Below, piece after piece: positions 28,875 to 43,235 of a stretch of 64,000 nt of DNA. This DNA is from an uncultured delta proteobacterium. Lineage in GTDB: Bacteria; Myxococcota_A; Polyangia; Polyangiales; Polyangiaceae. Under the pieces are notes generated by a model. The model did no database searches and was not told the DNA's origin. It was given only the letters and a program-made list of their open reading frames with translations. Numbering within the stretch: position 1 is the stretch's first letter; every line of letters starts with the position of its first letter. The translations under genes were made by a program, and so were the position numbers. The stretch spans positions 928,001 through 992,000 of the forward strand of contig CAWDXG010000001.1 in the NCBI GenBank assembly GCA_963806225.1, given 5' to 3'.

Positions 28875-28909
28875 TATTTCTCTCCGGGGGGACGAGGAGG
28901 AGGTGCCCA

Positions 28910-29410
28910 ATGCTGGTCAGAGACGCGATGAGCCGGGACGTGGTGGCGGTATCGATGGGCACATCGATTGCGGATGCGCTGTCCGTGGCCAGCGAGTATG
29001 GCATCGAGTATCTGCCGGTGCTCGATGCCGGACAGGTTGCCGGGGTGCTCTCGGCGAGTGAGTTCGTGCACGCGCGGCTCGATTTCGACGCCGCGGGGCA
29101 GATGCACGTGCCCGCCGTCTGCATCGATCCGGGTGCGCCACTCGAGCAGGCCGTCGCCGAGATGAATGCCGGCGACGTGAGCTGCCTCCTGGCCATGGAC
29201 GGCGATCGTCTCGTCGGGATCCTCACGCGCGGTGATCTGTTGCGGGCCGGCCTGTCCGACGAGCAGGTGGTCGGAGAACGCCGGTGCAGCGCCTGCGGTA
29301 CCTATCGCCACGTCCATCGTGGTGCTCGCGACGGTCTGATGCTGTGCGTGGACTGTCGCGAGCGATCGATTCCGCCGCTTGCCGGAGAGGAGCTCGGCGT
29401 AGCGGGCTGA
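28910..29410 (+). CDS. CBS-pair protein with a C-terminal Zn ribbon
   Basis: VRDAMS, LPVLD, LVGILTRGDLL; CSAC...CVDC. Confidence 0.85.
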   Translation: MLVRDAMSRDVVAVSMGTSIADALSVASEYGIEYLPVLDAGQVAGVLSASEFVHARLDFDAAGQMHVPAVCIDPGAPLEQAVAEMNAGDVSCLLAMDGDRLVGILTRGDLLRAGLSDEQVVGERRCSACGTYRHVHRGARDGLMLCVDCRERSIPPLAGEELGVAG

Positions 29411-29578
29411 CGAACCGTCGGGTCGCCGACCGGATGCCACGGGGAGCGGACGCCTGCCGATCGCTGCGGCACGATTTGATGCGGAAAGTGCGGGGTTCGG
29501 TGTCTTCCGGGCTTTACACCGGCAGCGAAAGGTACAACACCTCGCTGGTCGCCTGGCCTCTCCGGGCGGAATATCCAG

Positions 29579-30799
29579 ATGGGCGCGCTGTCCAAGCACG
29601 GGAGAACTCGTTCGGTCGTGGCGATTGTGGTCGCCGCCGCGTTCCCGCTCGGCCTCGCAGTCGGCTGCCGCAAGTCCGGCGGTCATGGACACGGACACCG
29701 CGGTGGACCGGTTCCCGTCACGGTCGCCAAGGCCGTGCAGAAGCCGATGCCGGTAGAGGTGCGCGCCATCGGCAGCGTTGAAGCCTTGAGCACCGTGCAG
29801 GTCGTCGCGCAGGTCACGGGCGAGATCCGCGACGTGCACTTCAAGGAAGGCGACAGCGTCAAGAAGGGGGACCTGCTCTTCACCATCGATACCAGTCCGT
29901 ACCGCGCCACGCTGGGGGAGGCGACCGCGCGGCTGAAGAAGGACAAGGTGCTGGCCGAGCAGGCCCGGGACGACGAGAAGCGCTACCAGAAACTGCTGGT
30001 ACAGGGGCTGGCGACGCAGCAGGAGTACGATACCAAGCGCTCCAACGCCGCCGCGCTCGAAGCGACGTTGGCCGCGGACCGTTCGTCCATCGCGAGCGCG
30101 CGGATCAACGTCCAGTATGCGGCGATCCGTGCGCCTATCGAGGGACGCACCGGCAGTCTGCTGGTCCACGCGGGCAACGTGGTGCGTGCGAACGACAGCC
30201 AGTCGCTGGTGGTGATCCGGCGCATCGAGCCGATCTACGTGCGCTTCGCCGTGCCCGAGCGCTACCTGTCGCGTGTCAAGCGGCGCATGGCAGCGGGCGA
30301 GGTGGTTGTGCGCGCCCGCCCGCGCGGCAGTTCCGCGCCGCCCGAGCGCGGAACGCTCACGTTCATCGAGAACACGGTGGACACGACGACGGGAACCATC
30401 GACCTCAAGGCCCGCTTCGACAACCAGCACGACGTGCTCTGGCCTGGTCAGTTCGTCGATGTGACGGTCGAGCTCAGCGTGGAAAAGAACGCCCTCGTCG
30501 TGCCTGACCCGGCCGTGGAGAGCGGACAGAGCGGGACCTACGTGTACGTCATCGGTCCTGACCACAAGGCCGCGCTCAGACATGTGCAGGTCGAACGCCA
30601 CGTGGGCGACGAAATCGTCCTCTCGCGCGGCGTCAAACCTGGAGAGAGCGTGGTGACCGACGGCCAGGTGCGCCTGCGCGACGGCGCCGCGGTGCAGATC
30701 AAGAAGGAGTCGCCCATCGCGCCCGGGAGCAGCGCGCCGCGCGCCTCGTCCGCGCCGGTGGGTCCCCGGGCCAGACACCGTTCCGAGGCGCGGGATTGA
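29579..30799 (+). CDS. RND efflux periplasmic adaptor subunit (MdtA-like)
   Basis: Lipoprotein signal, VKKGDLLFTID, IRAPIEGRTG, VDTTTGTI, LWPGQFV. Confidence 0.93.
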   Translation: MGALSKHGRTRSVVAIVVAAAFPLGLAVGCRKSGGHGHGHRGGPVPVTVAKAVQKPMPVEVRAIGSVEALSTVQVVAQVTGEIRDVHFKEGDSVKKGDLLFTIDTSPYRATLGEATARLKKDKVLAEQARDDEKRYQKLLVQGLATQQEYDTKRSNAAALEATLAADRSSIASARINVQYAAIRAPIEGRTGSLLVHAGNVVRANDSQSLVVIRRIEPIYVRFAVPERYLSRVKRRMAAGEVVVRARPRGSSAPPERGTLTFIENTVDTTTGTIDLKARFDNQHDVLWPGQFVDVTVELSVEKNALVVPDPAVESGQSGTYVYVIGPDHKAALRHVQVERHVGDEIVLSRGVKPGESVVTDGQVRLRDGAAVQIKKESPIAPGSSAPRASSAPVGPRARHRSEARD

Positions 30800-33700
30800 A
30801 CATCTCCAGTCTGTTCATCCGCCGGCCGGTCGCCACGACGCTGGTGATGATCGCCATCGTGGCGTTCGGGGTGCTGGCGTACAGCAAGCTGCCGGTCAGC
30901 GCCCTGCCGAACGTCGACTTCCCGACCATCCTGGTCTCCGCACAGCTGCCGGGCGCGAACCCGGAGACCATGGCGGCGTCGGTCGCCACGCCGCTGGAAC
31001 GCGAGTTCTCGACGATCGCTGGACTCGACTCGATGAACTCGTCGAGCTCCCTCGGCGGCACCCAGATCACGCTGCAGTTCGATCTGTCGCGGAACATCGA
31101 CAACGCCGCCCAGGACGTGCAGGCGGCGATCGCGCGCGCCGGCGGTCAGCTGCCGAAGGACATGCCGTCGCCCCCGTCGTACCGGAAGGTGAATCCGGCG
31201 GAGCGACCGATCCTGTACCTGGCGCTCAGCTCGAAGACCCTGCCGCTCTACACGGTCGACGAGTACGCCGAGACGAGGCTCGCGGAGAAGATCTCGACGG
31301 TGAGCGGCGTGGCGCAGGTCTCGGTCTACGGCTCGCAGAAGTACGCCGTGCGCATCCAGGCCGACCCGGACGCCCTGGCCAGCCGCGGTATCGGGCTGGA
31401 CGAGCTGGCCAGCGCGGTGAGCGCCTCCAACGTCAATCTGCCCACCGGTACCCTGTACGGACCCAACAAGGCCTACACCATCGAGGCGAACGGGCAGCTG
31501 ACCGAGGCGAAGGCGTATCGCAAGGTGATCGTCGCCTACCGGAATGGCAGCCCCATCCGGCTCGACGACGTTGCGAAGGCTATCGATAGCGTCGAGAACG
31601 ACAAGACCGCCGCATGGAACACCGACCGCCGGGCGGTCGTGCTCGCGATCGAGAAGCAGCCGGGCGCGAACACCGTGGAGGTCAGCACGGCGGTCAAGAA
31701 GCTGCTGCCAGCATTCCGTCAGGAAGTGCCGGGCGCGGTGCGCCTGCAGGTGCTCTTCGATCGCTCCGAATCGGTGAAGGAGTCCGTCGCGGACGTGCAG
31801 TACACGCTGCTGGCGACCCTGGCGCTGGTCGTCATGGTGATCTTCCTGTTCCTGAGGAAGCTCTCCGCGACGCTCATTCCCAGTCTGGCCATGCCGCTGG
31901 CGATCGTCGGCACGTTCGCGGTGATGTATCTGCTGGGGTACACGCTGGACAACCTCTCGCTGATGGCGCTGACGCTCAGCGTCGGTTTCGTGGTGGACGA
32001 CGCCATCGTCATGCTCGAGAACGTCGTGCGCCACATGGAGATGGGAAAATCGCCCTTCCAGGCTGCGCTGGATGGGGCCGGCGAGATCGGCTTCACCATC
32101 CTCTCGATGACCATCTCCCTGGTGGCCGTGTTCGTGCCGTTCCTGTTCATGGGCGGCATCCTGGGGCGCTTGTTCGAGGAGTTCGCGGTGACCATCGCGG
32201 TGGCGATCCTCGTGTCGGGGTTTGTATCGCTGACGCTCACGCCGATGATGGCGAGCCGCTTCATCCGGCCGCCGCGCGGCGAGCACCACGGGCGCCTGTA
32301 CCAGGCGTTCGAGCGCGGGTTCGACTGGATGCTGCGCATCTACGACAGGAGCCTGTCGTTCGTGCTCAGGCACGCACTGTCGACGGTGCTGGCTTCGGCC
32401 GCGGTGCTGGTAGCGACTGTGATGATGTTCCGCGCGATCCCGAAGGGCTTTTTACCCACGGAGGACGACGGACAGATCTTCGCCATGACGGAAGCTGTCG
32501 AAGGCATCTCCTTCGACGCTGTCAAACAAAGACAGCAGCAGATCATGGCGATCGTCCAGAAGAACCCCTACATCGAGCAGTTCATGTCGAGCGTGGGGTC
32601 GCGTGGAACCATGGGCGGTTCCAACCAGGGCTTCATGTTCATGCGGCTCAAGCCGCGTTCCGAGCGTCCGGGGGTGCAGCAGATCATCGCCCAGCTCGCG
32701 CCGAAGCTTTCGCAGGTTCCCGGCATGCGGGTGTTCATGCAGGTGCCGCCGCCGATCCGCATCGGCGGCATGCTCACCAAGAGCGAGTACCAGCTGTCGC
32801 TGCAGGGGACGGACACCAAGGAGCTCTACCGCTACACGCCCATCCTCGAGTCGGAACTCCGGAAGCTCTCCGTCGTGAGCGACGTGACGACCGACCTGCA
32901 GCTCAAGAATCCGCAGCTCTCCGTCGAGATCGATCGCGACCGCGCCGCGTCACTCGGCGTCAGCGTCCACGCAGATCGAGGATGCGCTCTACAGCGCCTA
33001 CGGCAATCGCCAGATCACGAACATCTACGCGCCGGACAACACCTACCAGGTCATCCTGGAGCTCGACCCGTCCGACCAGCGCCAGCCCTCCGCGCTCGAC
33101 AAGCTGTACATCCGGTCTTCCAACGGCAATCTGGTGCCGCTGACGGCCGTTGCGAGCGTCAAGCAGAGCGTGGGCCCGCTCTCCGTGGCCCACGCCGGGC
33201 AGCTGCCGGCAGTGACCGTGTCGTTCAATGTGCCGGAAGGGATCGGCCTGAGCCAGGCGACGGACGCGGTCGACGCCACGGCCCGCAGGGTGCTGCCGTC
33301 GGACATCACGACCCACTTCCAGGGAGCCGCGGAAGCGTTCCAGTCTTCGCTCCGCGGTCTCGGCGTGCTGCTGATCGTCGCCATCTTCGTCATCTACATC
33401 GTGCTGGGAGTCCTGTACGAGAGCTTCATCCATCCGCTGACGATCCTCTCGGCGCTGCCGTTCGCTGGCTTCGGCGCGCTACTCACGTTGATGATCTTCC
33501 ATGTGGATCTGAACGTGTACGCGTTCGTCGGGGTGATCCTGCTGGTCGGGCTGGTGAAGAAGAACGGCATCATGATGGTGGACTTCGCCATCGAGGCGCA
33601 GAAGGACCCTGCCAACACTCCGGCGCAGGCGATCCACCAGGCGTGCATGGTGCGCTTCCGGCCGATCATGATGACGACCATGTCCGCGCTGTTCGGCACC

Positions 33701-33907
33701 CTGCCCATCGCGCTTGGGCTGGGAGCCGGAGCCGAATCGCGCCAGCCTCTCGGCCTGGCGGTAGTCGGCGGCTTGCTCTTCTCGCAGGCGCTCACGTTGT
33801 TCGTGACGCCGGTGTTCTACGTGTACATGGAGCGATTCCGCGAGTGGGTCTCGGCGCGGCGCGCTGGCGGGCACGGCGCGTCCCCGGCGGGCAGCGCGGC
33901 CGAGTGA
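30796..33907 (+). CDS. RND efflux permease (MdtB/MdtC-like) with a +1 frameshift near 32967
   Basis: FIRRPVAT, GFVVDDAIV and SLTLTPM in the first frame; QIEDALYSAYG, VKKNGIMMVDFA and RFRPIMMTT in the second frame. Confidence 0.88.
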
Positions 33908-34007
33908 CCGGCTTGGCGGCCGGCGCGGATTCCGTGCAGGTGGCGCTAGCCGAGCCCGGTCCAGACGACTACCCTGGCGGCCTCCTTCGAGTGGGGGTCA
34001 GGTCATC

Positions 34008-35539
<1,532 letters not shown>

Positions 35540-35540
<1 letters not shown>

Positions 35541-36610
35541 TGCTCCGGGCCCATTTCCCCAGCTGCAGATGCTTCTCCGCGCCGTCGTTGCGGATCATCG
35601 CGCTGGCGCTGGGCCTCGCGCTGCCAGCCTACGCCGCGCCTCCCGCGGAGTCGGCATCCCCCTCGGCGAAGTCAGCGCCGCCGGCGTCCACCCCGGCGGC
35701 CCAGCGCAAGGCCGATGCCCGGCGTCACTTCAAGGCCGGGGCGAAGGCGTACGCCAAGGGGAACTACTCCGAGGCGATCGATCAGTTCCTCGAAGCCAAT
35801 CGTCTGGTGCCGAGTCCTGCGCTTTCTTTCAACATAGCGCGCGCCTACGACAAGATCGGCAACACCGCCCAGGCGCTGTCCTTCTATCGCGACTATCTCA
35901 GGCGGGCGCCGGCCGCGAGCGACAAGAAGACCGTGCAAGCCACGATCGAAGCGCTCCAGAAGAAGTTGATGCAGAAGGGCGTCCAGCAGGTCACGGTGCT
36001 GTCGAAGCCGGCGCGCGCGACCGTGGTTATCGACGGTCAGCCTGTCGGTGTGACCACGTGGACCGGTGAGCTCTACCCCGGCCGGCACAGGCTGTCGCTG
36101 CGCCTCGAGGGCTACCAGGATACCGACAAGGTCTTCGAGCTTCCCGCGCATCGCGCCGTCGACGTGCAGGTGGCGCTGGCGCCGAAGCAGGAGAAGTCCG
36201 CGCCGGCTGCTCCGGTGCCAAGTGCTGCGCCGCCTGCCAGGCCCGTCGCTCCGCCTCCCGAAGAACCTGCCCGCAGCCACGTAGGCATCGCGCCCTGGAC
36301 CTGGGCGGCGCTGGGCGTTGGAGTCGCCTCTCTGGGTGGCTCGCTCGGCTTCGAGCTGGCTCGTGCCAGCTCCGAGCGCCAGTCGCGGGATGCTCCCACG
36401 CAGGTGGAGGCGGCCGACCGCTACGACACGATGAAGAGCCGGCAGACGGTGGCGCGCGTGCTGCTCGGCGTGGGCGCGGCAGCTACCGTTGCCGGTGGCG
36501 TACTGCTCTACCTGGACCTCACCCACAAGAAGAAGGAAGCCGGATCCGAGAGAGTCGGCTTCGGATGCGATGGCGTGTCGTGCGGGGTCGTCGCGGGAAC
36601 GGTATTCTAG
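35540..36610 (+). CDS. TPR + PEGA domain exported protein
   Basis: Signal peptide, ARRHFKAG...FNIARAY TPRs, PARATVVIDG PEGA motif and hydrophobic C-terminal segments. Confidence 0.88.
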
Positions 36611-36613
36611 GCC

Positions 36614-37741
36614 ATGCCTGGCTTTTCCCTGCGCCGGTGGCGTGCGCCTCTCCTGGTCGCCCTGGGCGCCGCGCTCTTCGCAGCCTGTACGGCCGATCCG
36701 CTCCAGCTCGAGGGAAGGGCGTGCGGTCCGGGCGGAGAGTGCGTAGACGGCTACGTCTGCGATGCGGCGCGGAACGTCTGCGTGCAGGGCGGCAAGGACG
36801 CGGGCAGCGGCGCGACCGGCGGTAGCGGCGCGACGGCGGGTAGCGGCGGTGTGGACGGCAGTGCGGGCAGCGGCGCGAGCGGCGGCAGCGCGGGCAGCGG
36901 CGCGAGCGGCGGCAGCGGCGGCAGTGCGGGCAGCGGCGCGACCGGCGGAACAGCGGGAAGCGGCGGAACGGCGGGAAGCGGCGGGTCGGGCGGCAATCCG
37001 GTGTGCAGCGGCACAACCGCCGATTGCGACGGAAATCCCTCGAATGGCTGCGAGGTCGACACCGGCACTGATCCGCAGAACTGTGGCGCCTGCGGGCGGG
37101 CCTGCTCGGGCGCTCACGTCGCGTCTGCCGAGTGCAAGGGGGGCCGCTGCACGTCGACCTGCGATGCCGGCTACGCCAACTGCACCCGTCCGGCCGCGCC
37201 GAGCGCGGACGACGGATGCGAGTTGAACGCGACGAGCAACACGGATTGCGGAGGTTGCGGCAATTCCTGTCAGTCGCAGGGCACCGCCGGTGGGCTGGTT
37301 TGCTCCGCGGGGGCGCAGTGCTCGTGCAATAGCGACAGCAAACGCTGCAATTTCGGCGGAGCCAAGGGCAGCTGTGACGGCGCGACGGGCTTGTGCAGTT
37401 GCAGCGGGACGGCGTGCCGCCCCGGCGAGGTGTGCAGCAAGTCCGGGGGCACCGACGTGTGCACCTGCAATGGCAAGGCGGGCTGCGGGCCGGGGCAGAC
37501 CTGTTGCCAGAGCCCGGCCCAGTGCGTCGACCTCGACACCAGCGCCGGGAGCTGCGGCGCGTGTGGACATGCCTGTCCGGCGGGATTCTCCTGCTCCGGC
37601 GGGATATGCGGTTGCACGGGCGACAGCCAGTGCAATGCCGGCAGCGCAGGCAGCTGCGACACCGCTTCCGGCCACTGCGTGTGTGGCGGAAAGACCTGTG
37701 GCGCTGGTGAGCGCTGCCTGCAGGGCGGCGGCTGCGGCTAG
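36614..37741 (+). CDS. Cys-rich lipoprotein with a Gly/Ser linker (STIG1-like repeats)
   Basis: Lipobox LFAAC; repeated TDPQNCGACGRAC / SCGACGHAC and NGCE motifs. Confidence 0.85.
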   Translation: MPGFSLRRWRAPLLVALGAALFAACTADPLQLEGRACGPGGECVDGYVCDAARNVCVQGGKDAGSGATGGSGATAGSGGVDGSAGSGASGGSAGSGASGGSGGSAGSGATGGTAGSGGTAGSGGSGGNPVCSGTTADCDGNPSNGCEVDTGTDPQNCGACGRACSGAHVASAECKGGRCTSTCDAGYANCTRPAAPSADDGCELNATSNTDCGGCGNSCQSQGTAGGLVCSAGAQCSCNSDSKRCNFGGAKGSCDGATGLCSCSGTACRPGEVCSKSGGTDVCTCNGKAGCGPGQTCCQSPAQCVDLDTSAGSCGACGHACPAGFSCSGGICGCTGDSQCNAGSAGSCDTASGHCVCGGKTCGAGERCLQGGGCG

Positions 37742-37896
37742 GCCCGCGCGGCATCGGAATCAGCGGTTTGCCCCCATCGGTCCCCCCGATCCTGCCTTCC
37801 GGCAGCGCGTCGCCGGTCTCCGATCTTGCCTTTGATCCAGCGGGGAGCTAACGGTGCCCGTCGTTCGAGTGGTCGATTCAGCCTGGAGGCATTGCG

Positions 37897-39222
37897 GTGA
37901 CGTGGTCCGAGGTCACAGACCGCCTCAACACGGACGAGCTCCGCGAGGTCTGGCCGATCCTCTCTTCAGAGGATCGAGTCGACGGGTTCAGGCTGCTGTC
38001 GCGCGAGGATGCGGACGACTTCTTCATGAGCCTGTCGTCGTACGGCCAGTCCGACATCATCCTGGGCGTCCCGCCCGGCGAGCGGCGGCTGTGGATGCGT
38101 CAGCTTGCGCCCGACGACGCGGCCGACGTGCTTCTGGAAGTGGAGCCGGAGGAGCGCAGCGAGCTGCTTTCCCTGCTCGACGAACCGACCCGTCGCGAGG
38201 TCACTGCGCTGCTCGCCTACGCCGAAGACGACGCCGGCGGCTTGATGAACCCGCGCTTCGCGCGCGTGCGGCCGGACATGATCGTCGACGAGGCGATCAG
38301 CTATCTGCGTCGCCAGGCGCGCGACCAGATCGAGACGATCTACTACATCTACGTGCTCGACAGCGAGCAGTGCCTGCGCGGCGTGGTCTCCTTCCGCCAG
38401 CTGTTCCGGGTGCCGGGCCACAAGCGTGTCGACGAGGTCATGGAGACCGACGTGGTGTCGCTGCCGGAGGACATGGACCAGGAGGCCGTTGCGCGGCTCA
38501 TGGCCCAGCACGATCTGGGCGCGATGCCCGTCGTGGACGCCGAAGGGCACATGAAGGGCATCGTCACCGTCGATGACATCGTCGACGTCGTAGAGGAAGA
38601 GGCCACCGAGGACATCCAGAAGATCGGCGGTATGGAAGCGCTGGAAGCGCCCTACCTGCAGACCGACTTCCTCACCATGATCAAGAAGCGCGGCGGCTGG
38701 CTCGCCGCGCTGTTCATTGGCGAGATGCTGACGGCGACGGCGATGGGTCACTACGAGGACGAGGTGGCCAAGGCTGTCGTGCTGGCGCTGTTCGTGCCGC
38801 TCATCATCTCCAGCGGCGGCAACTCCGGTTCACAGGCCTCCACCCTGGTCATACGCGCGATGGCGCTGGGCGAGGTGCGGATCGTCGACTGGTGGCGCGT
38901 CGCCGGCCGCGAGCTTCTCGCCGGCCTTGCCCTCGGTGGGCTGTTGGCCTCGATCGGCTTCGTGCGCGTGCTGGCATGGCAGGGCGTTTTCCACAGCTAC
39001 GGCCTGCACTACATGCGCGTCGCGCTGACGGTTTCGATCAGTCTGGTCGGCGTGGTGACCTGGGGCACACTGTCGGGCTCGCTGCTGCCGTTCTTGCTGC
39101 GCAAGCTGCGCTTCGACCCTGCGAGCGCCTCTGCGCCCTTCGTGGCAACGCTCGTGGACGTGATGGGCCTCATCATCTACTTCAGCGTGGCGCGGCTCCT
39201 CCTGAGCGGCACGCTGCTCTAG
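37897..39222 (+). CDS. mgtE: Magnesium transporter MgtE
   Basis: MgtE_N domain, CBS pair, EEATEDIQK, SSGGNSGSQ, DPASASAPFVATLVD. Confidence 0.95.
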   Translation: MTWSEVTDRLNTDELREVWPILSSEDRVDGFRLLSREDADDFFMSLSSYGQSDIILGVPPGERRLWMRQLAPDDAADVLLEVEPEERSELLSLLDEPTRREVTALLAYAEDDAGGLMNPRFARVRPDMIVDEAISYLRRQARDQIETIYYIYVLDSEQCLRGVVSFRQLFRVPGHKRVDEVMETDVVSLPEDMDQEAVARLMAQHDLGAMPVVDAEGHMKGIVTVDDIVDVVEEEATEDIQKIGGMEALEAPYLQTDFLTMIKKRGGWLAALFIGEMLTATAMGHYEDEVAKAVVLALFVPLIISSGGNSGSQASTLVIRAMALGEVRIVDWWRVAGRELLAGLALGGLLASIGFVRVLAWQGVFHSYGLHYMRVALTVSISLVGVVTWGTLSGSLLPFLLRKLRFDPASASAPFVATLVDVMGLIIYFSVARLLLSGTLL

Positions 39223-39308
39223 GTCTCCAGCATCGGTCAGCGGCGGCGGGCCCTGCGCTTGACTCGTCGGGACGCGTCGGCCTGACTCGACAGACGAGGT
39301 GAACAGAC

Positions 39309-40590
<1,282 letters not shown>

Positions 40591-40733
40591 AGCCGCGCGC
40601 CGCAAATCCGGACCTACGCCGGAGAGCTCGAGCCGCACGCGCGGTCGCGCAGATGGTGCGCCAGCGCGCCGCACGGACGCTGGCATTGCGCTGCGCCCCA
40701 CGGCTCGCCCCGTGATCGTCACGCGGTGCCCTG

Positions 40734-40749
40734 TGGCAGGGACGTTGCA
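40734..40749 (+). promoter_or_regulatory. sigma54 promoter of the Lon-like operon
   Basis: TGGCAG-GGACG-TTGCA. Confidence 0.6.
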
Positions 40750-40784
40750 TCCAACCCGCGCATTGCACGCCTGGTTCGAGCCCC

Positions 40785-43235
40785 ATGAAACCTCACGACG
40801 CCGTATCCTCCGCGGATCTGCGACGTACCTGCGATCCCGGCTCCCTTCCATTCGAGACAACCGCTGACCTGGAAGTCCCGGAGGCGCCTCTCGGGCAGGT
40901 CCGGGCGGTCGCGGCGACGCGCTTCGCGGTCGAGATGCGCCGCCATGGCTATCACTTGTTCGTGATCGGACCGAGCGGCACCGGCAAACACCGGTTGGTG
41001 CGTGAGTTCCTCGCAGGCGCGGCCTCGGTCGAGAGTACGCCTCCCGACTTCTGCTACGTCCACGACTTCGACGCTCCGCACGTTCCTCGCGTGTTGAAGC
41101 TGCCCGCGGGAAGAGGCCACGTCCTCTGCGACGAGATGGCCAAGCTCGTCGAGGAGCTCAGTGCCGCCATTCCCGCGGCCTTCGAGAGCGAGGAGTACCG
41201 GACGCGCCTGCAGGAGATCGAGGACGAGTTCAAGCAGCGACAAGAGGGCGTGTTCGGCGCTGTCCAGGAGGAAGCCCAGAAGGGCGGCGTCGCGGTGATC
41301 CGCATGCCAAGCGGCATCGTCTTCGCACCGATGCGCGACGGCGAGGTCCTGAGCCCGGATGAATTCGAAAAGCTCCCCGAAGCCGAGCAGAAGCGCATCA
41401 AGGCGCTCGTCGAGACGCTGCAGTCCAAGTTGCAGAAAGATCTCAGACAGCTGCCCCAGTGGGGGAAGGAGATGCGCGACAAGGTCCGCGAGCTCAACCG
41501 GGAGGTCACGCGCTACGCCGTCGAGCAGACCATCGATGAGCTCAAGAAGCACTATGTCGACCTGCCGGCGGTGACCCGGTACCTCGACGCCGTGCGTCGC
41601 GACGTGATCGACAATGCGGACGACTTCCGGAAGGACGAGGACACACCGAACGCTCTGTCCGAGGCGGTCCCCATCCGCCGTTTCGCGCGCTACAGCGTCA
41701 ACCTGTTGGTCGACAATTCGGGGACCGAAGGCGCGCCCGTGCTCTACGAGGATCGCCCCAGCACCGACCGGCTTGTCGGCCATGTCGAGCACCGGGCGCA
41801 ATTCGGCGCTCTCGTCAGCGACTTCACGATGATTCGTGCGGGCGCGCTGCACCGGGCCAACGGCGGCTATCTGCTGCTCGATGCGAGCAAGGTCGTCACG
41901 CAGCTGCACGCCTGGGAAACCCTCAAGCGCATGCTGTTCTCGCGCGAAGTCCGTATCGAATCGCTGTCGCGCATCCTGGGCCTGTCGAGCACGGACTCTC
42001 TGGAACCTGAGCCGATCCGGCTGAACGTCCAGGTCGTGCTGTTCGGTGATCGCCACCTCTACTACCTGATGTCCGAGCTGGACAGCGAGCTCGGCGAGCT
42101 GTTCAAGGTCGTCGCCGACTTCGAGGAGCAGGTCGATCGCAGTCCCGCCAGCGAGCTCGAGTACGCGCGGGTGGTGGCCGGCATCGGCCGCCGCGAAGGA
42201 CTCAAGCCCTTCGATCGAGGGGCTGTGGCACAGCTGGTCGAGATCGGCTCGCGGCGCGCGGAGGATTCCTCCAGGTTGTCCGTGCATCTGCGCGACCTTT
42301 CCGACCTCCTGAAAGAGGCCGACCACTTTTCCGAGCGGCGGGGAAACGCCGTCACCAGCCGCGGCGACGTGCAGCAGGCGCTCGACGGACAGATCTACCG
42401 GCAGAGCCGCGTGCGGGAACGGCTCGAGGAGGCCATCCTCGAACGCCGCCTGCTGATCGACACCTCGGGCGAGCGTGTTGGGCAGATCAACGGGCTCTCC
42501 GTGATCACGCTCGGCAAGTACGCGATCGGGCATCCGATGCGCATCACGGCCACCGCGCGGGTGGGCGATGGGAAGCTGGTGGACATCGAGCGCGAGGTGG
42601 AGCTGGGCGGTGCGGTCCACTCGAAGGGTGTGCTCATCCTGGGAAACTACCTCGCTTCGCGCTTCGCGCGTGACTTCCCGCTCTCGCTTTCGGCGAGCCT
42701 GGTGTTCGAGCAGTCCTACGGCGGCGTGGACGGCGACAGTGCCTCGCTGGCGGAGCTGTGCGCGCTGATCTCGGCATTGTCCGGCGTACCCATCCGGCAG
42801 GCGATCGCGGTGACCGGCTCGGTGAACCAGCTCGGCCGCGTGCAGCCGATCGGCGGCGTCAACGAGAAGATCGAGGGCTTCTTCGACATCTGCAAGGCTC
42901 GCGGCCTGAGTGGGGAACAGCGCGTGCTGATCCCCGGCGCGAACCTGCGCAACCTGATGCTCCGTTCTGACGTGGTGGAAGCCTGCGAGCGCGGAGAGTT
43001 CGGCGTGGTCGCGGTGGACAGCGTGGACGAAGCCATCGAGCTGTTGACCGGTCGCTCTGCCGGCGTCGCCGACGAGCAGGGCGAGTTCGAGAAGGGATCT
43101 GTCAACCAGCTCGCTTCCGCGCAACTCCTGGAGTTCGCGGTCATCGCCGAGGGCTTCTCGAAGTTCGTGAAGATCGAGGACGACTCCACGCGCTCGAGCG
43201 ACGGCGCCTCGAAACGGAAGTCCCGGCGTGGCTGA
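40785..43235 (+). CDS. Lon-family (LonB/LonC-like, S16) protease with AAA-like domain
   Basis: GQVRA, GPSGTGK, GALHRANGG, GQINGL, EQSYGGVDGDSAS (catalytic Ser), GGVNEKIEGF (catalytic Lys). Confidence 0.93.
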   Translation: MKPHDAVSSADLRRTCDPGSLPFETTADLEVPEAPLGQVRAVAATRFAVEMRRHGYHLFVIGPSGTGKHRLVREFLAGAASVESTPPDFCYVHDFDAPHVPRVLKLPAGRGHVLCDEMAKLVEELSAAIPAAFESEEYRTRLQEIEDEFKQRQEGVFGAVQEEAQKGGVAVIRMPSGIVFAPMRDGEVLSPDEFEKLPEAEQKRIKALVETLQSKLQKDLRQLPQWGKEMRDKVRELNREVTRYAVEQTIDELKKHYVDLPAVTRYLDAVRRDVIDNADDFRKDEDTPNALSEAVPIRRFARYSVNLLVDNSGTEGAPVLYEDRPSTDRLVGHVEHRAQFGALVSDFTMIRAGALHRANGGYLLLDASKVVTQLHAWETLKRMLFSREVRIESLSRILGLSSTDSLEPEPIRLNVQVVLFGDRHLYYLMSELDSELGELFKVVADFEEQVDRSPASELEYARVVAGIGRREGLKPFDRGAVAQLVEIGSRRAEDSSRLSVHLRDLSDLLKEADHFSERRGNAVTSRGDVQQALDGQIYRQSRVRERLEEAILERRLLIDTSGERVGQINGLSVITLGKYAIGHPMRITATARVGDGKLVDIEREVELGGAVHSKGVLILGNYLASRFARDFPLSLSASLVFEQSYGGVDGDSASLAELCALISALSGVPIRQAIAVTGSVNQLGRVQPIGGVNEKIEGFFDICKARGLSGEQRVLIPGANLRNLMLRSDVVEACERGEFGVVAVDSVDEAIELLTGRSAGVADEQGEFEKGSVNQLASAQLLEFAVIAEGFSKFVKIEDDSTRSSDGASKRKSRRG

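Noticed and set aside
29467..29483. CGGCACGATTTGATGC as a sigma54 promoter for the RND operon
   Set aside because: The GG-to-GC spacing is one base too long for the strict -24/-12 geometry.
36800..36995. GGCAGCGGC-type tandem repeats
   Set aside because: They encode the Gly/Ser linker of the lipoprotein; not a CRISPR array or mobile repeat.
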